A stretch of DNA of 64,000 bases from Gekko japonicus (taxonomy: Eukaryota). Shown one piece after another: positions 38,441 to 50,752 of this stretch. How positions within the stretch are numbered: position 1 is the stretch's first letter; each line of letters opens with the position of its first letter. The notes under the pieces were generated by a model. It was given only the letters and a program-made list of their open reading frames with translations. It was not told the DNA's origin and made no database searches. The stretch covers positions 712,138 to 776,137 of the forward strand of contig NW_015170911.1 in NCBI RefSeq assembly GCF_001447785.1. The letters run 5' to 3'. A program made the position numbers and the translations under genes.

Positions 38441-38679
38441 AACAGATCACACAGCAAAAAAATCAAAAATAAGCAAAGCTGGTCACAATAGAAGACGCTG
38501 AGAGTAGCAGAAGCTAATAAATACAATATTGTACCATATATGGGGACATGGATGAGAATATTAATAACAAAGCCATCAAATACAACAAGCGCAAGAATAA
38601 TACATAGATGCTATAAAGCATAAGTCGGTCAAGCAGTAAGTAGTCCAATAAGTTGATATGAAGGTTCTGGACGCTGTCA

Positions 38680-39165
38680 GCTGGCGACGCTGTCAGCAGG
38701 CATGTTGCCACATTCTGAACTAGGCTCAAGGGAAGCATTGCATAGAGTGAGTTACAGTAATCCAGACCGGAAGTGACCATTTTCATGGATCACTCTAGCT
38801 AAGGCCGACGACCATTTTCATGGATCACTCTAGCTAAGACAGACGGGACACCAACCAAATAGCAAAACTCTCCTCGACTTCCCACACGAGGCCAACACAT
38901 TCTATGCCAGTAATTTTTGGTGTGGGGAGCGCCCATAAAGAGAAAAACTCCCAGGATAAGCAACACCATACACATACCACCCATTAGTCCAGGACTGGTG
39001 TAGGACCAAGAGACCCAAGGGGGTAAATTGGTCAACAGTCTCACCTTTCATCATCCAGGTCTCGGTCACGCATGCCAGGTATACGTGTTGGTCTACCACG
39101 TAATCCCAGAGGACAGAGATATTATTAACAGACACCAGTGTCGGAGAAGGGTATACTTTATACAA
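38680..39165 (-). mobile_element. L2 LINE, internally deleted (endonuclease N-terminus joined to RT C-terminus)
   Basis: LACVTETW (APE endonuclease) and MVTSGLDYCNSLYAMLP..LVQNVATCLLT (L2 RT). A 29-bp duplication lies at the junction (~38775-38838). Confidence 0.75.
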
Positions 39166-39250
39166 TAAGATCACATATTCATAAGATTATAATTAGTCTG
39201 CACTTGTGCTCCCAAATAAATGAGCACAGATTTGCATTAGGCACAATTAG

Positions 39251-39345
39251 CTAACAGTGCAGCCCTGAGCAGTTACACCCTTCTAAGGCCAATGAAGTCA
39301 AAGAGTTTATAAGCATGTTAACTCAATTTAGGATTGCCCTGTTAG
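39251..39345. mobile_element. Short palindromic MITE-like hairpin element; a second copy lies at ~46426-46503
   Basis: CTAACAGTGCAGCCCT...GTTACACCCTTCTAA...TTAGGATTGCCCTGTTAG has inverted ends. Confidence 0.6.
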
Positions 39346-41720
39346 TGTCAGAACCAAAAATTTATGGAAATGGCCATTAGTGACACAGAAGGTTGGATAC
39401 TTGGCTGATGAAAAGGAGCGGGGTCCCTGCTCGGGATGATGCAACCTGCATGAACAACAAAAATGCCCTGAGGGCTGTAGTAAGGGGGATAAATGTGTGA
39501 GACTAAGCTAAAAAGCTGACTGGATCCCTCCCAAAGTCTGTTCCTGATGAGCAGTTATTTAATTCTACATAGAGTCATAGAGCTGACCTAAGTTTTCACT
39601 GAGTACTTACAGCAGCAGCAGTTTCTCCAGGTCAGGTATCAGTACAGAGTTCATCATGACACTCAGTCTTGCAGCCATCAGCATTTCATTCAAAAGTTCA
39701 AAGTGAGAGAGGGAATACTCTAATGGGGAAATTGGACAGTCTGAAAGGCCAGAGGTACTGGAAGGAGACCTTATTCCTCTTTACACAGAAAAAAGTGAAC
39801 TTGTTGATTTGGGAAGTTTGGGTTTTAAGACCCTGTAAAAAATAGATCTGTTCACAGAACACAAGATATAAAATTACATTATTTTGTTGTAACATACTGA
39901 ATTTATTATACATTTAGACACACACAACACTGACTAGAAACATATTCCTGTTCACCTGCCCTAGTGTTTACCTAGTGGTTTAATTTACCTGCACTACCAT
40001 TTACCACTAGTGTTGTGTCTAATGTTGCCAACCTCCAGGTAGGTCCTGGGAGATCTTCCAGAATTACATCTCCAGGCTACAGAGATCAGTTCTCCCGGAA
40101 GAAGTGGCAACTTGGGAGGGTGAACTCCGTAGCACTACATCCTCACTGAGCACTCTCTCTGTCAAAAACTCCATCCTCTCCAAGAACATCCTAAACCAGG
40201 ATTGGTAACCCTCACTGTATCATGGACAATGTAAACACACAGAGAGCAATTAAGGCATTCCCTACAAAGCAATTTCTCCCTTGGCATGATACGGTTTAGG
40301 ACATAGTCACTGAAGAAGAAGAAGACGACAAAAGAAGAAAAGTGAGGTTCTATACTTTGCTTTTCTCTACTCTAAGGAATCTCAAAGCAGTTTACAATTG
40401 CCTTCCCTTCCACTCCCCACAACAGGCACCTTGTGAGGTAGGTGGGGTTGAGAGAGTTCTGAGAGAACTGTGACTGGCCCAAGGTCACCCAGCAAGCTTC
40501 ATGTGGAGGAGGAGAAGGGAAGCAAACCTGGTTCTCCAGAACAGAGTTCGCTGCTCTTACATCATGCTGAAGGATTTTGAAGGATTTTCTTTCCAGGCAA
40601 CACAACATAATTCCAAAAAGGAAATACCCAATTCTTTTCAAAATACACTCCTTCCAGAGATGCTTCACTCCCCTACCAAAAAATGCAAACTATTACTATT
40701 TTTTCCTCAAGCTCAGCTGAGTGATAGTTTTACAAAATACCAAAAAAGGAAATGTGCCTTCTGGTTATTTACCAGTCTGCCACTTAATGGCAATTCAGAA
40801 GTACATACCACAAAAGAGGAGAAAAAACTTCTAAGTCCACTAAGCAGTCCCCTACTTTGACAGGGCTGGAAACAATTACCACATACTCACTAAGTTATTT
40901 TAACACCATATTATCCTCATCAGACTTTTAATTTCCACCACAGATACTGTGATCACAAAATGTAATTTATACGGCATTAAACTGAAAGACAAACGAAGCC
41001 ATAAAATACGAGGAACCTATTGGGACCAAAATACTTTTTACGGTATTAATGAAGCAGTATGTAATTCACATAATGCCAATGAGCTCATAATGCCAATGAG
41101 CACGCAGAGGATGAACTGCTAGGTCAACTTCAAGCATACAAGCTAGCGTGATACCTCTTTTTCGGGATCAGCAAAGCATCTTCAGCAAGCCCTGCATTTT
41201 ACTAGTAAAATTTTATTTTATTAAACATTAGAAAAATAAAAATAAAGAATCAACCAAGGGAGGGGAGGAAACTATAACAATTCCATGAACTGCCTTACAG
41301 CCCATAAGAGAAGAAAGCCAAAATCCAGTTTCTAGAGGCCAGTTCTCAGGTTTAGAGGCACATGAGGTCAGAATACTGGAATAATGTTAGGCTGTGAACA
41401 CTGCTGAAGACTTTACTTGTTTACGCACTTATATGATATTTCTCCTTCTATGCACAGGCCCATTTCCAACTTACAGAGAAATTTCCCAGTGGGCTGCTAC
41501 CCTATATTGGCAGCTGGAAGGAAGCAGAGTCAAGCCCCAGCAAGCTTTCAGTGGCCGTGATGATCATTATTAGCTCACCCACAGCCTCCTCTTGCACAGT
41601 TGCTGCTTTGTGGGAGAAGGCTATGATTAAGTCTGAGCTGGGCAGACACTGTGTGCTGGCTTGTGGTACTGCAGGGACCAATTCCCAGACTGCCCTGCCC
41701 CTAACAGGGACCCAAACTAA

Positions 41721-41990
41721 GAGCTAGTTTGGTGTAGTGGTTAGGAGCGCGGACTTTAATCTGGAGAACTGGGTTTGATTCCCCACTCCTCCATATGCAG
41801 CTGCTGGGTGACCCTGGGCAAGCCACAGTTCTCTCCAAGTTGTTCTCTCAAGAGCAGTTCTCTCAGAGCTCTCTCAGTCTCACCTACCTCACAAGGTGTC
41901 AGTTGTGGGGAGAGGAAGGGAAGAAGATTGTAAGCCACTCTGAGACTCTGAGTGAAGGGTGGGGTACAACCAACAACAACACCTCCTCTT
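41721..41990 (+). mobile_element. Squam3-like tRNA-derived SINE
   Basis: GCTAGTTTGGTGTAGTGGTTAGGAGCGCGGACT...GGGTTTGATTCCCCACTCCTCC...GTAAGCCACTCTGAGACTC. Confidence 0.85.
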
Positions 41991-42382
41991 CAGCGTACAA
42001 TGCAAAAATACTACACAAACAAAAGAAAGGAAGAGCTTTCAAGACGAAGTCTCTCCTCTCCCCCCCCCCACGCCCAGGGGATCTTCTTCCAAGCTCCAGG
42101 GTATGCGCCTCAAGCCAAGAAATCAAAGACCAAGAACCCTTTGGTTCTTGCTCTTGTCCTTCAGATCAAGCCACAGGCTTGTGCCTCTGGGGCAGCCCAC
42201 ACTTTAAAAGATTACCTGTAAGACAGGTGCAGGGCAGAGGTTCAACTACAAGGTCTTACAACAGCTGATAGTCTTTCCAATACCTTCTCCACTCCAGAAG
42301 ACAGGAGCATAAAGTCAATAAGGACCATTACTGTACCAAGAGCTGACCCAGGCCTAACGATGGCATGTAAAAACATATTCAT

Positions 42383-42897
42383 GGCCCCGGTCACACGGGC
42401 CGGATATCGCGGGGGGGAGGCGTGGCTAATTGTCCTGGAGGAAACTAACGCACGGCCACCCGAGCACACGTCCCGGTCGAGGTCCCGTGGTTAGGGGGGA
42501 GATGCCGATCAGACGGGTATCCTGCAGCGCGGCACAGAAGCCACACCACGTGATTGCACTAGCAATCGCTTTTTGTGCGCAGGCACTGTTGGGCGCTGTT
42601 GCGCAACCTGCAGAGACTTGGGAGACAAAAAAAAACCCCTTGTGTGCGACGAACAGCGGTGGGCGCCGGATGCCACGTAAGTCCACCGGAAACGCGATCA
42701 GATGCCTGCCCTTGCCCCGCGGTTTCTGGAAACTAGTACCTCGGAGGTACTAGTTTTTTACTCCGCATCTTCGGCGGGAAGCCTCGGGTTAGCCACGGGA
42801 GCTCTACGCTTCCCAGATGTTGCGGTGTAATCGCACCCGGAAAATCCACCTACCATCCGTATTGTCAGCGCGGCAAATGCTCCGTGTGACCGCAGCC
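42383..42897. mobile_element. PIF/Harbinger-type MITE, 515 bp, CpG-rich (young)
   Basis: 16-bp TIRs GGCCCCGGTCACACGG / CCGTGTGACCGCAGCC (2 mismatches), with a CAT 3-bp TSD on both sides. Confidence 0.8.
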
Positions 42898-43288
42898 CAT
42901 GACATGCTTAGCAGAGGACAGTAGTTTTACCAACTGGCAGCCACAATCAAGGAGAAATTATGCAACTATGAACCCAGATTTCCTTTCAGCAAGGGGACAC
43001 TCGGGAATTTTCTAGCAAGGGACAAATGCCAACACCCTACTCATTCACAGTAGGATGACAGTGTCATAGGTGCTGAGGATGGAAATAAATGAAGCGGCCA
43101 TACTATGTAAATACACAGTTAGAACAACTAAATGGCAAAGGATGCTATAATACTTCATGGCTTGCTGACCATTTCTGAAACCTGAATGTAACAGCCATAA
43201 TCATGGAGTGTTATCTCTTGAATTTTACTAACAAAAAATATTCTTAGGCTACCTAATATTCTAGTCTAATATTCTTAGATTACCTAAA

Positions 43289-43642
43289 TAGGGGTCCCCA
43301 ACGTGGCACCCATGGGCACCATGGCACCCACTGATACCTTTCCTGGTGCCCACCAAGTATTTTTTAAAAGTCGGTAGGGCCAGGTGGGGCTTTAGCCCAG
43401 CAAGGCTTTCGATTGGTCACTGGAGAGTTGACTGGCTGTACGGATTTAAAAAAACAACAACATTTATTTGGCAGAAGCTACCGTCACAGCACAAGGATAT
43501 CACTGTGTGACTGTAGGTAAGCTGTGGCAGCCATTCTGTGGCTGGCTCCCCTTCCTGCGGCAGCCATTTTGTGGCTGGGCCCACCACACTGCACCAAGAT
43601 TTCAAATGTGCCTACAGACACATTTGCAGTTTGGGGACTCCT
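43289..43642. mobile_element. hAT (Charlie-like) non-autonomous element
   Basis: Termini TAGGGGTCCCCAAC ... GTTTGGGGACTCCTG. Confidence 0.65.
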
Positions 43643-44770
43643 GACCTACGCTATTCTCTAAGCTAATATTAACTACCGTTTTCTAAAGGTTATATCCAAA
43701 GGCCTATAAATTTTATTCTGCTTCCAGAACCCATCTTTCCCATCTCTGCTTTCCAAATGCAGCCCCTGGGCTCCCACAAAAACCACCCCCAGGGAGGGGA
43801 TCATCACAAACTTTGGAAGGAGAAACTGGCAAAAGCTGCCAGTGAATGAATGGAAATGCCTCACAGAACAGGGATCTGGGATCTAACCCTGTATCAACTT
43901 GGCTGTCATGGCTTCTTAGCAGTCTCCCAAAAGGCCATCTTACCATTCTGAAACACAACATATATTGCGCCTAACATAAATGACTAACAGCCTACGGATT
44001 TTTGTGTACATTGTGGAAGAGCTGCCAAACACATGATAGAAAATGGGAAAGACCAATTCCCTCACCCCTCATCTGCAGCTTACAGAGAACAAAGAAGCTA
44101 TGTAAGCCAAGAAAACATATGTTTAAGAGATATTTGGTTTGCATGTAGAGTGTTTGTTTTAGCACTTGGCCGTAACATGCATGGAGCGTTATGTAATAAG
44201 AGTCATGGACACTTGCAGAGCTAAATCCACATTCATGGATGACCTAGAAAATGAGAACCAGGGCAGGCACAAGATGTGTATAAGATGTAATATTACTCAT
44301 GACAGTAAAGCTTAACACTGCTGGTGAGACTTTACAGAGATCCTGAAACAAAGACTGCAGGAAAATAGCAAATTAAATACATATTGCTTAACTTTCAGGC
44401 AGAAGATTCCCAAAGACAGTTTCCCAAATTCTGCTTCTTCATTACACTAAGAAAAATACTTCCAGCTGGGGCAAGATGTCACTACAGATGGTCTCCAGAA
44501 CTTTTTACTGAATTGGGATGTAAATGCTATAAAAAATAACATGCAACAAACCGGGGTGGGGTGGGGGCGCAGCGGCATGACCACATGGGCTCGGCTCAGT
44601 ATCCTGAATACGAGAATGAGGTTTATTTGCTTCTACGGTCCAGAACACATTTCTTTAGAGTTGCGCATGGAGCAGTACTTAAGTGGCAGGCAGAAGAATA
44701 TAGGCAGACTACAGGCAGAAGAAAACTGGTTTGGTTGGAGAGGGGAATATTTTGTATAATGCAATTAACA

Positions 44771-45022
44771 GTGGTGACCTGGATACCCCGATCTCATCAG
44801 GCCTCAGAAACTAAGTAGGGTCAGCCCTGGCTAGTATTTGGGTGGGAGACCTCCAAGGAATACCAGGGCCATGACACGGAGGCAGGCAATGGCAAGCCGC
44901 CCTGAGCCCGTTCGCGGGGAGGGCGGGGTAAAAATGCAAAAAATAAATAAATAAAATCTCTGAACATCTCTTGCCTTGAAAACCCATGGGGTCACCATAA
45001 GTAAACTGTGATTTGACGGCAA
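44771..45022 (+). mobile_element. 5S rRNA-derived SINE interrupted by a ~60-bp LINE (L2-type) 3' tail at 44896-44956
   Basis: 5S-like CCCGATCTCATCAGGCCTCAGAAACTAAGTAGGGTCAGCCCTGGCTAGTATTTGGGTGGGAGACC. The insert GCCGCCCTGAGCCCGTTCGCGGGGAGGGCGG...(AAAT)n recurs at ~2395, 13913, 60063 and 61445. Confidence 0.75.
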
Positions 45023-45445
45023 AAGAAAAAAAGTGACAGTATTAGCTGTGCTCTGCCAGAGTACTATTCAGAGCACAAAGGAGTGCAGAAGTCCCACACA
45101 CACACCTCATCAGCATGGGAGTGACCCATTCCCAATTGGCAGTCAGTTACAGGCTCAATACATCATCCTCAGACAGTGACAAGGTTAAATTTGTGCCTAG
45201 AATAAAAATTCCCAAGGCATCAATGAAGCCAATATGCAGCAAACTTAACAGACACCATCTGCAGACTCCATCACAAACTAATTTAGATCTTACTGCATGA
45301 ACCCATTTGGGGCCTTGCAGATAACAAGTCTGCTACACTCCTAAAGTTCAGAAGCCAACTATGAATAAAATTTTATTTGGTCAAGGAAATACCAATTTTC
45401 CCACTATTTTAAGCAAACAAAAGATAACTTTCTTGTCAAGCGTTT

Positions 45446-45643
45446 CCTTATATGGACAGTAGGATAACTCTGAAGCTAGCTCTTTCAAGAAGAAGGGAAA
45501 AAAATAAACAAAACCCCATATATCTCCTGGCACTCTACCAAGCAAAACAAACAAACCTTTCAACGCTACATCTCTTCTCACAATGCATTCAAAGATAACC
45601 ATCGGCAAATGAATAATGAGAAAAGTAATTTCACTAAAAATAG
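45446..45643. promoter_or_regulatory. Candidate intronic muscle enhancer: CArG box (45446-45455) and MEF2 site (45634-45643)
   Basis: Perfect CCTTATATGG and CTAAAAATAG consensus matches lie 190 bp apart in repeat-free DNA. Motif evidence only. Confidence 0.4.
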
Positions 45644-47713
45644 CAAGGGGGAAAATGGCGGGACATTGACAACAGCAGTCAGCCCTCTGGGTTCAAAATG
45701 AGAGAAAGAAAAACAAGACTCATTCTTCTCTGTTTACATTAACCGGAATATTCTCTCATACAGACCTTGTTCAAAGGCTTATTCAGGATATTTCACAACT
45801 AGCCAACTGGTGGAGGTCGTTTTTTTCTCTCTTAAGAACAAAAATCTGTCACTTTGAAATGGATAAATGGAAGTGTGTTATACAAGTGGTTGGAAACCAT
45901 TGATTAGGATCTCATGTTATGTTTTGTACTCTCGTGCATATAACAAAATGCATAGTAAGAAGATGCACTGAAGTCATTGTTCTTGCCCTGAAGACAGATG
46001 GAAGTTATGACCAGGAACACATCTGGAACCCACTGTACTGTAATTTAAATGGCATAGGAATAATTGTACAAAAACAGCCTATACATGGTGCAAATCGCTA
46101 TAGAGAACACAAGGCAAAATGAAGTTCAAGAGCCAGCAGTTATCTACAAATTCTCTTCTCTCTCCTCCCCACCCCAACTGATTTTGGAAAGAAAGAGGAA
46201 GAAATATGCCTCATTTATTGTCTCCCTCCCTCTTCCCAAAGTCAATTCCTCAACTTCTGTCTAGCATGACTCTTCTAGTACTCAAAGGAGAGGTTTACGA
46301 TGTTTGCACAGACATATCGAGTGTTTATCAGGACAAGAAAACTTGAGACAACTGTTCATTTAAAACTAATACCTCTAACACACACCCATTTTCCTCCAGT
46401 TTTCAAGCTGAGAACAGAGGCTAAAGCTGCAATCCTAAAAAGGGTTACACCCTTTTGAATACAATGAGTTTAGAAGGGTGTAACTCTGTTTAGGGTTGCA
46501 CTATAAAGACCTGCCCAAAGCAACTACTCTAGTTTCAAGCTCAGTTCTATCTACAGTTTCACATTTTGAAGTTCAAGTAAACTTTCACATACTCCTCCTT
46601 GCAAAAATACATTTAAGTACAAGATCATCTTTTTTCTAGTTGCAATATAAGCTTCGGGGTTTTAGAATCCTACAACCTGCCAAAAAGCCTCACTATGTCA
46701 ACAAAACTATAACCGTATAGTTACTTATATAGAACACCATTTTCTTTCGGGGGGGGCACGCGCTCATAACTAATTTTGAAGTAGATTTGTTTGTTCTAAA
46801 ATTCCTAAAATTACCAGCCGTTTGTTGATAACCAAAGACAAGTTCATTCTGGAATGTGAGATGGACATCGAACTAATTTATCTGCAGCAGTTCTCCATTT
46901 TTAGGCCTCTAACAAAGAAAAATCCGGGAATGAGCCTTACTATTAAAGCTGAAAGAAAACCAATCACCAAGACAAGTCTCTTTTTAGCTTCCAACACATT
47001 TTGAAGAAAAAGGGGATTTGGTCTATTCAACCACCAACTACTATTTTCTCTGCAGCTGTAATAATGATCACATTTGCCTCTCTTTTACACCAAAATCTGA
47101 CCTGGGCAGCCCTATTCTTCTCCTCCGACCTCACTCCCGTCCAGCATTTCCTCCTACTCTTCCAAGGCCAATGTGCAGATGCTAGGAGCACTAATGAGAA
47201 CCCAGTAAGGCTGGGACCCAGAGAAATTACGCACAAAAAGAAATATGCACAGGCAGAATTTTAGTCGTCTTCAGTTGAGCTGCTACCACTCCTGAAGATG
47301 CAGACCACTTTTTTAGATGGACACAATACCGAGAAAAAGATGTGCTGTTTGTGGGAATGACTGTAGCACCACGGACGAGAGTTTATCAACTGCTGTATTG
47401 GATGGGAAAGCTATGAGAGTGGTATGGTGCATGCCATGATACTATGCGTATATGGGAGAGCAACACGTCCAAGGTCACCCAGTAAGCCTGAGGGTGTAGC
47501 AGGGATTTGAATGGAAGTTTCCCAGATCCTGCTCCAACCCTCTTAACCAACACTGGCTCATAATGTATGGACTGACAAAAAATTAAGTGGGGTAAAAACA
47601 AAAAGATTGTATTATAAAATGCAGTGATTTGACATGCACATAGAGCTTCACATACCCAGAGGCTTCCAGTCCCCCTCTAGGAGACCCAGAACACAGGGGA
47701 GCTCTGCCACCAC

Positions 47714-47919
47714 CAGTGTTCCCGCTAAGCTTAGTTAGTGTGAGCTAGCTCACCGTTTTTTAGCCTCCGATTCACACATTTTTGTCTCAGTTCAGGAAGA
47801 ACGGCTCCAGAGCAAACTAAGTTCTGCATCAGCCAAATCGCTCGCTCACAACTTTAATGCCAGTAGCTCACAAAGTAGAATTTTTGCTCACAAGACTCCA
47901 CAGCTTAGAGGGAGAATTG
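47714..47919. mobile_element. hAT-type MITE (CAGTG...ATTG family)
   Basis: Termini CAGTGTTCCCGCTAAGCT...AGCTTAGAGGGAGAATTG; matches 55339-55544. Confidence 0.8.
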
Positions 47920-50302
47920 CTGCACACGTGCCCTAACTCACGGTGGAAAAGAGAGGGAGCAGAGGAGGTGGTGCTTGGTTATGTCATACTTCACTGTAAC
48001 ACCCCTCCTACCTTTTACATCAAGTATTGCTAAACAGTGACTGCCAGGAGGTGGGGAGAACAGCCCTGCACAACGTTCAAACTATTCAGATCCTCTACTG
48101 GGACAGAGTGAATATTTCACGTTTATTTTTAGAGCCAAGTTGTCAACGCTGGAAAGGTGTAGTGGTTAGAGCACTGTAGCAGGCCTCCCCAGACCCAAAA
48201 CTCACACATGTCTTGAAACTGGATGGCCCCTACCCGCCTCATGTATTCTCACACCCATCACACAGGGCTGTTGTTGTGATGCAATGGAAGAGGGAAAAGG
48301 GAAATGTACTCAAATAAGTAACCAAGAACTATGCCAGATGAGTTTAGTCTAGATAGTTACATTTCGAACTCCCGCCACACCTCAGCACGTGCAATTGAAG
48401 TTCTTATACCCAGCACCAACAACTCAAATGGCAAGACATGGAAAAACACCAAAGGCTCAATGGATGTTCACAGAAACTGACCAAGGGTCAGGGAGCAGAG
48501 GAGAGAGATTCATGGCTTTCTGGTATCGACTTATATGCCCCTTTATACTTGAGCCACAGACATATCTGTGATATCTGGCAAGGAGTGCTTTGACTCTGGA
48601 AAACTCATACCCTGAAAATCTTGTTGGTTTTTAAGGTACTACTAGGCTCAAATCTAACCAGAATTAATTAATTAATTGTTGCATGGCATTGTGCGTAGAA
48701 TAGTCAGAAGATCCTAAGACTATCCGGAAGCCAGAAATTCTAGCTCTTTAGCGTTATCCACCACTAGGTGGTGAGCTAGACTTGTTTTCAAGGCAAGAGA
48801 TGTTTCAGAAGCGGCGGTTACCATTGTCTGCCTTTGTGTCATGACCCTGATATTCCTTGGAGGTCACCCTTCCAAGGCCGACCCTGCGTAGCTTCCAAGA
48901 TCTGAGGGGATCAGGCTAGCCTGGGCTATCCAGGTCAGGGCATCTAACCAGACATATCTGCAGTATATCATATAAGCAGATATGGTGCCAACCCGGGCTT
49001 AGTCACTATGTGCCTTACCTCTTAGTTTCTTTACTTATCTCCCCAGTCCCATAACTTGCTCTGTCATTACCTCTTCCACCCCATTACTTTATCTCCTGGG
49101 TCTCTCAGACCCACCACAATCCAACCTCTTTCTGCACTCAGAATTACGCTTGAAAAATAACAGAGAACTCGCTACAGCACCCACGAGAAAAGAACTTGCA
49201 CATATTTTCATAAAGTTACATAACATGCCATTAGCATAGATCAAAGTCTCTTTGCTGCTTTGCTGACTTCAAAAGCAATGCTCTACTCATTTGAGCTCAT
49301 TTCACCCAAAGCATAAAGACCTAAAATCTTTCTTTCTACTGCCATTGACCCTGCTAAAGAAGCACACATGCACTTTATAAAAGATGCCTTCTTTTAAATT
49401 TTCTATTTTACATGACATGTCCTTGTATAAATGCACTTGCTAAAAATAAGCCCGTTAGAAACTAATTTTCTATGTGGTAACTATTTCAAAATTGCTGTTT
49501 GAAAGAGTTTTGAACATACCAGTGCCAGGATGCCAGCTCCCAATACAAAGGCCTATAAAAATAACTCGGAGCCTAGAATGAATTGCAGGCATGACTGCCC
49601 CAAACCCAAGAAGGTCAAAACAGACAGGAGGACTTTTGGAAAGGGCACATAAACAGCTCTGCTCCTTTGTTTACCTATTTCTTTATCAGGGTTTAATTAG
49701 CTAGCACGTCTTATACTAGGAAGAGAAGAATGTGGTGCTGAACACACTGTTCTGATGTACCAGCAACACAACATACCACCCTTCTATTATCAGAGAATGA
49801 TGCGCATACCAGAATGAAGTACACTAACTGAAGACTAAAACCATGCCATACAAAGCAAAAATACTACACAGTAAATCCCATCTAAGCAGGGGAGACAATA
49901 ACAAGCAGACGTCCACGTGCGTGTCATTTACATTTTGTAAGCAACATTAAAATCAGTCCTGAACAAAATGACAAGCCACTTCCAACATACCCCGCAAAGG
50001 TATTAAGGAGAGGGAGCATGGCTACAGCAGATGATTGGCACCCGAAAAGGTCCCATGTTCAACCCCTGCTAACTCTCTTCAAATCTCTCTTGTGGAAGAC
50101 CTTTCTCTGCCCAAGACCCTAAAGAACTGCTCCCAGTCAGACAGTAGTGAGCTAGGTGGGCCAGTATATTCACAGAACATTGGTAACAGGAGAAAAGTAC
50201 ATCATATTCATTTCAGAGGGGCTTTGCGCAGGAAAGGTTCCCTATGATTGGGTCTTAAAACTAGGCTTTTAAAAGGAAGTATACATGAGCCATAGTACTA
50301 TA

Positions 50303-50643
50303 GGTAAAGGTTTCCCTTGCTCGAAAGCTAGTCAAATCCGAATCTAGGGGGCAGTGCTCATCTCTGTTTCCAAGCCAAAGAGCCAGCGCTGTCCAAAGAT
50401 GTTTCCGTGGTCATGTGGCCAGCATGACTAAACGCCAAGGTGCACGGAACGCTGTTACCTTCCCACTGAAGCAGTGCCTATTTATCTACTTGCAGTTTCT
50501 TGCTTTCGAGCTGCTAGGTTGGCAGGAGCTGGGGCCAGAGACAGGAGCTCACTCCGTCATGTGGCACTAGGGTCTCGAATTGCTGAACTACAAACCTTCC
50601 GGTCTGCAGCTCAGCATCTTAACCTCTGAACCACCGCAGTCCT
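50303..50643 (-). mobile_element. Full-length Sauria SINE with a 12-bp TSD
   Basis: CATAGTACTATA at 50291-50302 and 50644-50655. The tRNA-like head is at the high-coordinate end and the GGTAAAGG tail at the low end. Confidence 0.9.
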
Positions 50644-50655
50644 CATAGTACTATA

Positions 50656-50752
50656 AAAAGGTAAAGGTTTCCCTTGCTTGAAAGCTAGTCGAATCTGACT
50701 GTAGGGGGTGGTGCTCATCTTGGTTTCCACACTGAAGAGCCAGCGCTGTCTG
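50656..50752 (-). mobile_element. 5'-truncated Sauria SINE (3' ~95 bp)
   Basis: AAAAGGTAAAGGTTTCCCTTGCTTGAAAGCTAGTCGAATC...GAAGAGCCAGCGCTGTC. Confidence 0.85.
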
